Of a stretch of 64,000 nt of DNA, positions 14,057 to 26,493 are shown in pieces. The notes beneath the pieces are model-generated. The model worked only from the letters and a program-made list of their open reading frames with translations. It was not told where the DNA came from and made no database searches. Location of the stretch: assembly GCA_950097015.1 (NCBI GenBank), contig CATNEN010000041.1:3038001-3102000 (forward strand), in the 5' to 3' direction. Positions within the stretch are counted from its first letter, which is position 1; each line of letters begins with the position of its first letter. This DNA comes from Macrostomum hystrix. Taxonomy: Eukaryota > Animalia > Platyhelminthes. The position numbers and the translations under genes are program-made.

Positions 14057-15705
14057 TCAGTCAGCATCCAGCCCGCCTGGCTCTAGCTCATCGTCTCCGT
14101 CAGCGTGGCAGGCGAGCCGGTGCTCAACCAGCCAGGCGTTGGCCTCAGCCTGCAGCTGTTCTAGCGCCTCCGGATCCTCGGCAGCCTCCGCACTCCGAGA
14201 GGCTTCCGTTGCTGCGGCCAGCCGATCCTGCAGCACTGCCCGTATGCGCAGCTCGTCCTGCTGGGTGAGCGCCGCAGGCGGGCCGAACCTTACCCACCTC
14301 AGCAGGCGGTGCCGCTCCGAACCATCTTCAAAGCGCACCGGCAGGTCGCAGCCGGTGGCTGCGAAGGCGCAGCAGTCCGCCAGCCGCAGCAAGATGCAGT
14401 ACAGCTTGCGCAGCTTCACACCTAGACTTGCCGCCTTCGGACCGCCGGCAGGCTGAATCAACGCCACTGCGTCTGGCGCTGATTCTTCAGCTGAACAGGC
14501 CGAGTCGCTCCAGCCAGCAGCTGCCATCCATTCTGCCCTCAGCCTTTCCAACTTGCGCAGCCCCTTCGGCCCCTCCAGTTCGCTGCGGTAGGCTCGCAGC
14601 AGGCGGGGCGTCAGGAAACGCTGCCGGGCGTCGAACAGCCAGGCGAGGCGGAGCTGGTCGGAGGGCCGGCCGAACTGCAGGTCCACCTGGCGCAGGAACA
14701 GACACTCCACGGCCTTGGGGTCGCCTGCCAGCAGCAGTTCAAGGAATCTGCCCAGCTCCGTAGCCCGACAGTCGATGGGATCGGCGGGCCCGCTGGACTG
14801 AAGGCTGGCAGCCGGACGGAGGCCGGGCAGGCCGAGCAGAGAGCGCAAAGGCGCCCTGTACACCATGGCCATGTCGTGGTCGCTGTCTGGCCCGTGGAGG
14901 TTGTAGCGCCGGCTGCCGGCCGGGCCTGTCAGCAGGACCCGCCCGTGGCTGCGCCCGAGGCGACGAGCGAGGCGCCTGGCAGTTTGGAGCTCATCAGAGC
15001 CCGCGCCGTCTGCAGCGATCTGACCAAGCACGCTAGGCACTGCAGCGGCGGCTGCCCTAGCGATGGCCACGTCTGAGGCCAGGCGTTGAATCAGTCGACA
15101 GCCGCAGACACCATCAACGCTTGCCAGGTTGCGGCACTCGCTGAGCGGCCGGCCGTCCACATCAACAGCATCCTCAAATGGTGATACTGTCAGTGAAGTC
15201 ACTGAGGAATCCCCAGTATCAAAGTCAGGAAGAACATCGGCCAGGCGGTAGCGGCACCAGAGCCGGCCGGACTCGTCGGCCGAAGGCAGCGCGGCTTCTT
15301 CAAAGGCGTCCATCGACACCAGGGCGGCAGCACAAATACCGCGGCTGCCAGTGGAGCTGATTAAAAGAACAAGTGGGCGCCGACTGTTACTGTTATCTCC
15401 ACCACCGCGTGACAGAGTCGCCAGCAGGTCGGCGGGCTGTTGAGCGCCCGGACGACGCGGCGGGAAGCCCCAGAGGCGGGCTGCGAGTGCGCCTCGCACT
15501 TTATCGGCGGAGTCGCATTTGGCGAGGACGAAGGCCCACCCAGGGCTGCAGTCACCGAGACGGTGGTGGCTCTGTGGGACACAGGAGGGTAGCGCTGGAA
15601 TCAGACTGACAACAAAATGCTGATGGGTGACAAAATATGCCAGCTTAGTAGCAGCAATCAGGGCGCTAAACAGCTAAGTGTGCCTACTTTTAGCGCTAAA
15701 TTCAT
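14057..15705 (-). CDS. Pol-beta-superfamily predicted nucleotidyltransferase (RlaP/YcgL/PF10127-like). Main exon 15619-14057, probable micro first exon 15705-15688.
   Basis: GPAGSRRYNLHGPDSDHD (GS..DxD motif), ELGRFLELLLAGDPKAVECLF. The frame is open upstream of the listed GTG to an acceptor at 15620. ATGAATTTAGCGCTAAAA|gtaggc gives an in-phase 68-nt intron (start model tentative). Confidence 0.72.
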
Positions 15706-18700
15706 TTCCGTTTCAGGTCAATGAGTGCATCGAAAATACCGAACCAAAATAAAAATATAAATTTGTGCGCACTCGAAGTACAGTTTTTTCTCGCGAAACT
15801 TTAGCCCCCCCCCGATCTTCATAACAACTAGAGGCGCAGACAATTATTAATCTGGCTCTATTAGCTTTGAATTTTGCTTCTATCGGCGGCGATACGCAGG
15901 AATGTTTAACAGACGATCCTACTATCTACCAATCGGAGTAACCGAAAAATGTGACCTTCAAGTGTCCCTCTGCCCATTAGAACTCGCTTTATCTAATCAA
16001 CTAGAAATCTTGGTAGCACCACAAACCCAGGATTTGAAGCCTGCTTGCTATACCACTTAAAATGGGAATGCGATCGCAGGGTTAATGAAATCGGAAGCGA
16101 TTGTGGGAAGAGATGAAAATCAATCATTCATGACGCCGAATCTTCTTCTCATGCTGCTGCCATTAAAAAAAGCAATTTTCTGAAACTTGGCCACGAGACC
16201 TTGGGGTTCCCTTCTGCAGCATTGGAAAGTCTGAGCTATTTCTGCTGCGAAAGCAGTCAGCTCATTTAGGTAGGCCTAATTGGAAAGTCTTAAATCTAAA
16301 TTGAACTTAAATCCCGTCCAGGAGGAAATACGAGATAGGAAAGATAGAGGGGCAGCGAAGACGCGCTGGGATTCGAACTGTCTGACATTTTCTCTATACT
16401 CTCCACAATGCGCTGGTTTACTAATTATGCTGTTAAATCCCAGCAGATATTACGGATGGTACCTGAGAGCCGGGCGCATCCCAGAGGTTTACTGAAACAA
16501 CACAGACGCAGGGTGACTTGGCTGCTCCCTTCAAAGTTCTGAAAAATATGTAAGCCTAAACTGCCACGAGCAAGCACCTTAAACAAGCGCGCGGGAATGC
16601 AGGCTTGGCCCGCTACAAAAATATCTGCCTCTTATTCACCTTGCCGATGAAAATAAGCCAAGTGCAGCTGGCTGCAATCGGAAGATTCAAATCAGACAAA
16701 GCAAATGCGTTCGGAGTGGGCAAATCCGAGAGCCCAGCTATCCCAAGCTGCATGTCCGACTATTCCTGTTCAGAGCGCCCACGCTGTGCGAGGCGCAGAA
16801 TTCTTAGACTGAAGGAAAATTTTCTGCTGCAGTTGCGGAGCGCAACATGCGCAGGCTGCAAACCTGCCGAAGCAGCCAACAAGGAGTCGAAATAGGCAAC
16901 CGAATTAGGCAGGGCAGCTGGTACAAGCTGCGCAAAGGTTTCATAGTATATTGCTATCGGAGAGGCAGTATTTATAGGGACAAGTCACTGTGCAGAGATA
17001 TCTGTGAAGCTTAGACGATGGCCAGTGATAAATAAAATGTCATCAACCAGTGGAAGTGGAGGGATCGAGAACTGGGTCGACTGACTGGGGCAGAAGGTAA
17101 CGCGGGTCCAGGAACTCCACAACTGCCCTCTTAAAATAACCCGTGTCAGCAGAAAAAAGTCTGATCTTGAATAAAAAATAATACGCTTTAAATACAATAG
17201 TCGCAGAGTCAATAGATTCATCTGCACATTGCTGAGCGAGCCTATTTATCAATGCTTGTGAAACAAAACAGTTAAAAAACCGAGTAGTTTGTTGTATTAC
17301 ATGCCAATCAGCTACTTTTTGTTTTATCGTGTTTTTTTTATCGTAACGCTCCCTAAACACCAGGGAGCGTGTTTAGAATTGCCACCTTCAACTGCCGCTA
17401 GATCGTTGGCCCAGAAACGCGCTCTCTGACTGCTCTCCCCCTCTCTGGCCACTGCGTGGCTGGCGGGAGCAGTTCTTTGTTGTTGTTGTTGTTGTTTTGT
17501 TTTATACATATTTTGGTTTACTAATCTTGGAGTTTTGCTACCACCTGATTAAACTGCGTTTGCTAGCTTAAGCGATATATTAAAGTAGTTTTTTGGACGT
17601 CGATATTTTTGGAGTTGTTGAAGCTGCAAAACAAATGTGGGAAGTGAAAGCCCATTGAGGTACTGAAAGCAGGTTTATTTTTTGCAGTAACAGTGCAATA
17701 ATGCACCCATGAAGCACAACGCCTTCTTCCATTCATGCATCATAAGGAAAACATATCTTCGGCAACAAGAATAGCGGCTTTTCGGCAACAAGACCATCCT
17801 ACTTTTCCTCGTTGCGAATCTGGCTGCCCTCAAGTGGGCGCACAAAATCCCATAAGCAATCTACCGGTCACTTGGCAGCTGGAGGTCAGGTCGGAACCGG
17901 TTGCAACCTCCCTCAGAGATAAGGCACATTACGGCTTCCTGCTTCAATTATTGTTCGAAGCATGTCATCTTTTCCATTCCCTTCAAGCAATTCCCAAAGA
18001 TCCTCTCTGCCGGCATTCCCCGGGAGTCAGATTCCCCTGCCAGTTTGGCCCAGTTTCACCTGGCCGCAGTTCTGCCCCGTCAAGTCTTTTCTGCGTTGAA
18101 TTATCCGCACCTTGCTGTGTGACCGAAAGGTTAATCAGACGCAAACCTAATGCAGGGCGAAAGGTATCTACTCGTACTTCAGTAGGCTTCCTACGCACAT
18201 TGAGAGGAAGTACTCTTACTCTCGTGAAAATGTTTGTTCTGCCATCTGATTTTATTTCAAGGTAGCACAGGCGAATCTACGAGTATCGAAACAGAAATTC
18301 AAGAGCTCGATATGCGATAGCTTTTTGTGAAAGATTCAGCTATAACAAAGCGAACACGCTGCAAGAATTCAAATGCTCAAATCAAAATTAGAGACACACA
18401 AAACACACTGAATAACTTCACAACTAATGTAAGCAGTTTTATGACCCAAGAAAGCACTTCGTTAATAGCAGTTCATTTGAAACTAGTTCGAGGAAATTTG
18501 CAGGCCACGAGTTCAGAATTCCTGCAACCGACAGCATTAGCAGAGTGCACTGGGAAACCCGTGGCACAAGGACTCGGAAGTTTTCGAAATGCAGAAGTAT
18601 TCACTATTCAGGTGAATAGTGTACACCTGAATGAGTGACATTTTAAATTTGGCAGGTGCATCAAACTATGTCCACTGAACCAAACAAGCAGGTTGCGGTA

Positions 18701-19910
18701 CTCCTGCTTCTGTGTACATAACAACCACGCTGATTGTAAACTCCCGAGGAAAATGTTGCATGGGCCGCATGCAAGCCAGCGATTGATGCGTCTGACAATT
18801 TTGACAGGAGTCAGGACCTCAGGCAGCAGACTTAGTCGCATCGTAGCTGAATGATAAAGGACGACTCGGAAGAGTGGAAGTCTAACGGCAAAGTACAGTA
18901 CTAACTCTGCCTTCGTTCGTTCGCTCGAGCCATTTCAACTACATCACGAACATTCAACGAAAAAATGTTAAGAAGAAAATGGCCCTCATCCTATCGGATA
19001 TATTGCGAAGTGGAGGTAGATTTTCGGAAGAAAAATCTGAAGCCACTTAAGATGAAGCATGTTCAGTATTCATATGGTATTGCATAGATCTGACTATCGC
19101 GCAATGAAGATCAATCGAGATCTTGCTGGAATTGTGGGTACCGTGACATCTAATCTTCTACTAAAAGGACATAAAAAATTTTTCCACGAAAGGCTAAATC
19201 GATCTAAGCAGACAGAAATTAAAAAACCAAACATTAGCTTGTGCTAGTTTTCCATATTTCAAATTCACGGATAAATTCATGAAATGTTATGATAACAGTT
19301 GGATTTGATTGAATTTGGGTAGTCAAAAGAATTGACACGAACAACAACAGACATTTTAACTGGGATTTGAGAAACATCACGAAATATAAACATAAAGTAC
19401 GAGACGTGAGTTCCAAGCCGATACGGGCAAGGTACGAAAAAAGTTCCACTGTACGAGCGTACAACTTCATCCCCAGATTTTTAAGTTATGGGTTGGCTCA
19501 CGATAGAAAGCAATAATTAGTAAACTAGTATATCTTTGTCAGTAGAGAATTCAAGATAAACAAACTACCAGCGTTTACTTGCTCTTACCCTCCCAGAGGA
19601 ATAAAAAGCTGCACAGCTTAATTTAAAGAAGTAATCCAGAAATATGTCGCAGCGTGCGTCTCCAATCTTCGATACCGCATGAAGTGCATCAACGCAGATG
19701 CGAACCAACCAACCATGGAAAACTGGGTAGCGTGGCTAGATTGGCTGGGAAGACGTGGGAATAGGAAACTATTGGGGAGGACAGAACAGGACGAGAAGCC
19801 GACTAGCCCATTATTTAGACAGCGCAAGTTAATCCAGGCTTTGCAGACTTCCATTCTTCATCCAGCAGCAAAGGCTTGCTTATCGCAGAAGGACAAGGCA
19901 AGACAATTTG

Positions 19911-21581
19911 ATGGCGACAAATTCGTCAGGAAGAAGGTCCACGATCAATTCGAGGCCTAATAAGCTAACCAAGATGGTTGAGAAGATGCGCCGGGATGGC
20001 TTTGGAGATAGCCCATCTAGAAAGTTAGTGAAGCAATTCTGCGAGAGCACTTCGGCGCACGGCTTTCACAAGATTTTTCAAGGCACCGGCATCTGCCACA
20101 GGATCATTTGGTTGTTAATTATAATAACAGCGTTTTCTGGATTTAGCGCCCACTTGATCTCACTGTTCAGCAGGTTTAACGAAGGCCCAGTGAATACTGA
20201 GATAAGCGTCTATAGCACGAAGTTTGTATTTCCTGACATCAGCATTTGCGCCACTAGCCACTTCAGTCTAAAACGCTATGAGCGCAATCCGAATATAAGC
20301 AGCCTTAATAAGCCTATTAAGGAAGTGGTGTCCGACATACGAAACTTCTGGGATCCAGAGAACAAACTTGACAGCGAAGTAAACGGTGACTTGATGAACT
20401 CGCTGAAATCATACCTGAATGAGGTGAACATCACGAAGGAGAGTCAGGAGATGATATTACACTGCGACTTTGCAGGTGAAACTTGCTCTTATGTAAACTT
20501 TACTGAGTACATCGATCCAAACTACTTTAGTTGCTTTACATTTTCGCCAAGCGAACGACACCTGCTAGTCGGAGGCGAGAGGGATGGAGGACTCAGTGTG
20601 ATCATGTACGTTGGCGACATCATGAACTTCATAAGCGAGGAGGACTCCCTCAGATACTCCAAGGGATATCGAGCTGTCATACACGAGAGAGGCACGAGGC
20701 CGGAGATGCTCGAAGGATTTTACGTGCAGGAGCACGCGTGCACCTACGTGCAACTGGGCTACACCGAGGAGGTTGTGCTAAGAAACTGCGTGGAAGAAAA
20801 TAATCTGAAACCGCTCGAATTCGTCGATCGAAACGGTGATGTTACGCAATACAGGTACAGCATTCGTGACTGCCAGATTAATATGTACCAAAACTTTTTA
20901 AAGGAGAGTTGCTCATGCGTGTCAGAGATCCTGCCGTTACCAGCCAGCTTAAGAAATATTAGCCAAGAGAACATAACATTCTGCCACCACATCGATGAGG
21001 AAAGTCTTGGACCAAGCCGAGTCAAGAAAAATGGTAACAAAAGCGAAATCGACAACCACGCTGTTCAGGAGAAGCAAGAGTGTCATGACAAGGCCATCAA
21101 CGAAATTCACAAGCGGGTTTCCACTTCAAACAAGGATCAGGACGGATGTCCACTGAAGTGCAACAATACCCGCTACGATATGCGAGTAGTGCAGAACAAA
21201 TGGCCAAACGATGCTAATGAGACACAGCAGGCACTGATCGAGGCAGTTCAACGCAACATTGAACAGGCGGAAGGTCGAGGCGAAAGCACTGAAGTGCTAG
21301 AAGAGATACTTGAGGTGCTTAAAAATGACCCGCATGCGCTAAAGCGGTTCGCAAAGCTTACAGTCTACAGCCACTCCACGATGGGTAGCATTGTGCGCGA
21401 GAACTGGGCCTACCTGGCCCGCAATCTGGCATCCGACATCGGCGGCATCCTTGGTCTCTGGCTAGGCGTGTCAATTATTAGCACCTTCGAGTTCTTCGAG
21501 CTATTTATCAGGCTTTTCAGTGTCAGACGAAAGCAAAACCATCAGCAACAAGCAGCCGCCGCCGATGCCGAGCTGACTTAG
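19911..21581 (+). CDS. Intronless DEG/ENaC amiloride-sensitive Na+ channel subunit (FaNaC-like clade)
   Basis: FCESTSAHG pre-TM1 HG motif, TM1 IIWLLIIITAF, FPDISIC, Cys-rich thumb domain, and TM2 LASDIGGILGLWLGVSIISTFE with the GxS filter. Confidence 0.93.
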   Translation: MATNSSGRRSTINSRPNKLTKMVEKMRRDGFGDSPSRKLVKQFCESTSAHGFHKIFQGTGICHRIIWLLIIITAFSGFSAHLISLFSRFNEGPVNTEISVYSTKFVFPDISICATSHFSLKRYERNPNISSLNKPIKEVVSDIRNFWDPENKLDSEVNGDLMNSLKSYLNEVNITKESQEMILHCDFAGETCSYVNFTEYIDPNYFSCFTFSPSERHLLVGGERDGGLSVIMYVGDIMNFISEEDSLRYSKGYRAVIHERGTRPEMLEGFYVQEHACTYVQLGYTEEVVLRNCVEENNLKPLEFVDRNGDVTQYRYSIRDCQINMYQNFLKESCSCVSEILPLPASLRNISQENITFCHHIDEESLGPSRVKKNGNKSEIDNHAVQEKQECHDKAINEIHKRVSTSNKDQDGCPLKCNNTRYDMRVVQNKWPNDANETQQALIEAVQRNIEQAEGRGESTEVLEEILEVLKNDPHALKRFAKLTVYSHSTMGSIVRENWAYLARNLASDIGGILGLWLGVSIISTFEFFELFIRLFSVRRKQNHQQQAAAADAELT

Positions 21582-22353
21582 GCCTAGACCGAAGTCAATA
21601 CACAGTTTGAGGTTGTCGCCTTACATATTTTCTATATTCTTTGAGACATCAGGCTATTGACTATTAGCTTACTATTAGCTAGAAATTGTTTTAGACAACG
21701 CCTTTTAGACTATTTAGGAACACAAAAAATAATGAATTACCAAAATAGGAAGGTGTTGTCTTTAAGGAATACTAATGAGCAAAATATAAAGGAAATTTTA
21801 TTTTTCAATGATTTCCTATTACTAAGCTGGTGTAACCAATGCGATGGACCTTGCGATGAGCTGAATCCCCCGAGTTTACTGGGACTTTAACTTAAACAAC
21901 CGCAATGTACGCGATAGAAGCGTGTGCTGTCTCTCAATGCCTGTTTTACAGTACACAAATCAATTTTATTTTGCTAGTCTAATTTGTACGAGACAAGTGC
22001 GCCTGTCATCGAATCTTATTAGCAGAGTCAGTTTACTGCTACTACCACACTGTATGCTATAGAATGGTCTGCTGCGTTTCTCTACCTGTAACTCATAAAA
22101 TATATTGTCTACTTCGCTTTTGCTAGTGATTGTAACTACGCCTGCCACTTCATTCATGCGATTCCCTATACCTGTACTCCTCGAAATGCTGGTAGCTGTC
22201 AGAGACTAAATGGAACTCAGCGCCACCTATAATCTGTCAATCGATAAAGCTAATCAGTGATAAGATTACTTTGCGTGCAGATATGCCCATGAAGTACTCA
22301 TTTACATGAAGTTAAGCAAATTCTCTGATTTCAGAAATTTACTTTCGAGGAAG

Positions 22354-24211
22354 AACAGCAAGCATTCAAACTAAACATGCCACAATTAGACACTCATGAG
22401 TAAAAACAGCAAGCATTCAAACTAAACATGCCACAATTAGACACTCATGAGTAAAAACAGCAAGCATTCAAACTAAATATGGCACAATTAGACACTCATG
22501 AGTAAAAACAGCAAGCATTCAAACTAAACATGCCACAATTAGACACCCATGAGTAAAAACAGCAAGCATTCAAAATAAACATGCCACAATTAGACACTCA
22601 TGAGTAAAAACAGCAAGCATTCAAACTAAACATGCCACAATTAGACACTCATGAGTAAAAACAGCAAGCATTCAAACTAAATATGGCACAATTAGACACT
22701 CATGAGTAAAAACAGCAAGCATTCAAACTAAACATGCCACAATTAGACACTCATGAGTAAAAACAGCAAGCATTCAAACTAAACATGCCACAATTAGACA
22801 CTCATGAGTAAAAACAGCAAGCATTCAAACTAAATATGCCACAATTAGACACTCATGAGTAAAAACAGCAAGCATTCAAACTAAATATGCCACAATTAGA
22901 CACCCATGAGTAAAAACAGCAAGCATTCAAACTAAACATGCCACAATTAGACACTCATGAGTAAAAACAGCAAGCATTCAAACTAAATATGGCACAATTA
23001 GACACTCATGAGTAAAAACAGCAAGCATTCAAACTAAATATGGCACAATTAGACACTCATGAGTAAAAACAGCAAGCATTCAAACTAAACATGCCACAAT
23101 TAGACACTCATGAGTAAAAACAGCAAGCATTCAAACTAAATATGCCACAATTAGACACTCATGAGTAAAAACAGCAAGCATTCAAACTAAACATGCCACA
23201 ATTAGACACTCATGAGTAAAAACAGCAAGCATTCAAACTAAATATGGCACAATTAGACACTCATGAGTAAAAACAGCAAGCATTCAAACTAAATATGGCA
23301 CAATTAGACACTCATGAGTAAAAACAGCAAGCATTCAAACTAAATATGCCACAATTAGACACCCATGAGTAAAAACAGCAAGCATTCAAACTAAATATGG
23401 CACAATTAGACACCCATGAGTAAAAACAGCAAGCATTCAAACTAAATATGGCACAATTAGACACCCATGAGTAAAAACAGCAAGCATTCAAACTAAATAT
23501 GCCACAATTAGACACCCATGAGTAAAAACAGCAAGCATTCAAACTAAATATGGCACAATTAGACACCCATGAGTAAAAACAGCAAGCATTCAAACTAAAT
23601 ATGCCACAATTAGACACCCATGAGTAAAAACAGCAAGCATTCAAACTAAATATGCCACAATTAGACAATCATGAGTAAAAACAGCAAGCATTCAAACTAA
23701 ATATGCCACAATTAGACACTCATGAGTAAAAACAGCAAGCATTCAAACTAAATATGGCACAATTAGACACCCATGAGTAAAAACAGCAAGCATTCAAACT
23801 AAATATGCCACAATTAGACACCCATGAGTAAAAACAGCAAGCATTCAAACTAAACATGCCACAATTAGACACTCATGAGTAAAAACAGCAAGCATTCAAA
23901 CTAAATATGCCACAATTAGACACTCATGAGTAAAAACAGCAAGCATTCAAACTAAATATGCCACAATTAGACACCCATGAGTAAAAACAGCAAGCATTCA
24001 AACTAAATATGCCACAATTAGACACTCATGAGTAAAAACAGCAAGCATTCAAACTAAATATGCCACAATTAGACACCCATGAGTAAAAACAGCAAGCATT
24101 CAAACTAAACATGCCACAATTAGACACTCATGAGTAAAAACAGCAAGCATTCAAACTAAACATGCCACAATTAGACACTCATGAGTAAAAACAGCAAGCA
24201 TTCAAACTAAA
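22354..24211. repeat. 51-bp minisatellite (~36 copies), intergenic
   Basis: Unit catgagtaaaaacagcaagcattcaaactaaacatgccacaattagacact with patterned variants. Confidence 0.97.
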
Positions 24212-25629
24212 TGCTGAACGGCTGTTCAGTCCATGGACTGGGGGGATGCCACACACACCACAGGGCTAATATACAGCTAATACAAATATCTGAATAGTAT
24301 AATACGTTATACTATATTCTATTAGATTGCTAACATATGGCAGACCAGTTCCTCCCATCATGCTTACGAACGCCTCGCTCAAGAAATAGCACTAACCTAG
24401 CAACCTACGTGCTTGGCGCAACGCATAACAAACAACACAAAGGTGCACAAATAGTCAAAAGTGGTAAGAATTGATATTGCAGTTTGAGCACTTTATTTTC
24501 GATTACCGCATGAGCACAGAACAGATAGCCTTGAAACCGCGATAAACCATACGTATGGCGGCGTAGATTACGCCAGTTGACTGGTAGGCAATATTCAGAT
24601 CGCATTTCATTCTTTATTTTTTTAACGGACACTCGCATCGAACTACTGTGAGTAGTTCAAAATCTTGAGTAAAACACGTAGACTTGTCGCATTGGGATAC
24701 CGTCTTTGGGTCAATAACGACAAAGTCCTCAGTCCTCAGTCCCCCTGAGGACTCTGTGGCCCTGCCAGACTCCCAGGATGACCAGCAGCAGAGCGCTCCC
24801 AGGTAGCTGGGCGAGCATCCAAGTACTCAAACCGCCTGTCTCAAGACAACAAGCTGGAGTCCTGACATGAGGAATATAGAGCGTTCAAGAAGATACTAGC
24901 CATAAGCTTGAATAGCCACATATTGCAGCTTTGCATGGCGAGCTGGAATAAGTGGGAGTACTTCAGTACAATGTGATAAAAACGTAAGTTTAAATATGAT
25001 TTTAAAGAAACATTAAAAGCCAATAATTACTCATACTTTACAGCAAAAAAATTGGACATGGCAGAATGGCAGATAAGCCTCTCTCACAGAAAAATTATCA
25101 AAATATTATCAATTTAAGTATCTGAAATTGTTTAAAAGTATTCTCACAATAAACTTGTACTTTCGTGGTGAAAATTGTGAGTAGCTGCTTTTTTTAAATA
25201 ATTTGTTTATCTTGGTTCTTAATTTTTTATTATTCACTATGCTTTGACATGCACAGCTGATTTCCAGAGACAAAAATGTTACTTGTAAGCAAATCCTGAT
25301 TGATTCCAGTGTTAATAAAAAATATGGTAGAATAATACATAAAAAATATGTTTCTTTAAAAATAAAATGGTAAGAAATATGCCAATAGATTACATCTCCA
25401 AGTTAAATAAGCTATCCTAATTGTAAAAATATATGATTGGGGAGTTGAAGAAGCAACTGTGTTTTAGGTAACTTAAAATACTTTTCAATTTCACCACAAA
25501 AGTAGTTGATTCACATTTTAATTTCTAACCTCACTGTGGCATATGATATGCAATTCTACCTGTGTTCTGTGAAAAAAATAATTTTTTGAAATGTGTTTTT
25601 AAATCGTTTTATGGCTACAACTGTCTCAG

Positions 25630-26042
25630 TATAGGCCGATAGCTCAAATGGGCGGATAGCTCAGTCAGTAAGGTGTCGGACTCTGGATCAGATGGTCCTG
25701 GGTTCGACTCCCGACCTAGTCTAGAACTATTCGTGCAGCCTTTGGCAAGCTGCTTTGCCCTGATGTGCACACAGTCTACTCAGCTGCAAATGAGTACTGA
25801 CATTTCGTTGGGTAATAATAATTCCGGCTGGTGTGGAATAAAGCAGTTCTGTGCAGCAATTCTGTGGGGTTTGGATGCTGCCGATATGTTTGGAAACATA
25901 AATTCCATTGCTGACACGCGGCTGTCAACTGGTGTCCGAGAGAGCCTGGGAGTACAATAGGTGTGCAGTACCCACCTGCTAGTTTGCTTCACACACAACA
26001 CCTGCACTGGCCCTTGGGTCTAGTGTCAATTATTATTATTAT
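25630..26042 (+). mobile_element. tRNA-derived SINE with (TTA)n tail and 11-bp target-site duplication
   Basis: A box tagctcagtcag (25657), B box ggttcgactcc (25701), head resembling tRNA-Arg, tail tattattattat, and flanking aactgtctcag at 25619-25629 and 26043-26053. Confidence 0.85.
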
Positions 26043-26068
26043 AACTGTCTCAGCGCAACTTTTCTCAG

Positions 26069-26317
26069 CATACATGTGCAACCTCCCAAATCTTAGCCGG
26101 CTGTGCGACTTAGTTTTTTCTCTATTTACGACTTAGTTTGCTCTCATTTGCTCTATTTTTCTCTCCACTTTTTCATCTTCTTCACGCCTTCCTTTTTTGT
26201 CCCTTGGTCCCCCTGTGATTTTTTGTGCTTGGTTGATTGGTCTTTGCGACTTACCTTGCTTGGCCCTCGTTTCACCTGGCTGGTTCGGCTGGGTCGGCCA
26301 GGCGTTGCGCATGTATG
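26069..26317 (+). mobile_element. 249-bp MITE copy 1 (P-superfamily-like ends)
   Basis: Terminal inverted repeats catacatgtgcaac ... gttgcgcatgtatg; exact 8-bp TSD tttctcag at 26061-26068 and 26318-26325. Confidence 0.88.
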
Positions 26318-26493
26318 TTTCTCAGATTATAGATATCTCTTTAATATACTTTGCAAGAGCTTCTATTATGTATGACAGTTAGAGCACTTTACTTTCAAAT
26401 ATCACATGAGCACAGAACACAAATATCTCACTTTCTGCCATTCATATTGTGCCATTAAGTAGTTTCACTTATCTAGGTTTGATTTATCTCTGT

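Noticed and set aside
16000-16450. Minus-strand B-box-like words (gttcgaatccc, gcttcaaatcc)
   Set aside because: No properly spaced A box, cloverleaf, tail or TSD.
17043-17360. ORF with DESI and ADTGY resembling DDE transposase fragments
   Set aside because: Motifs too short and not in a coherent family order.
22354-24211. Regular arrays superficially like CRISPR
   Set aside because: Head-to-tail units with no unique spacers, no cas genes, and a eukaryotic context.
25085-25572. Partial inverted repeats (actttcgtggtgaaaattg / caatttcaccacaaaagt)
   Set aside because: Similarity is limited to short patches; no defined termini or TSD.
25651-25720. Possible functional tRNA gene
   Set aside because: Acceptor and anticodon stems are imperfect, and the sequence continues into a SINE body with tail and TSD.
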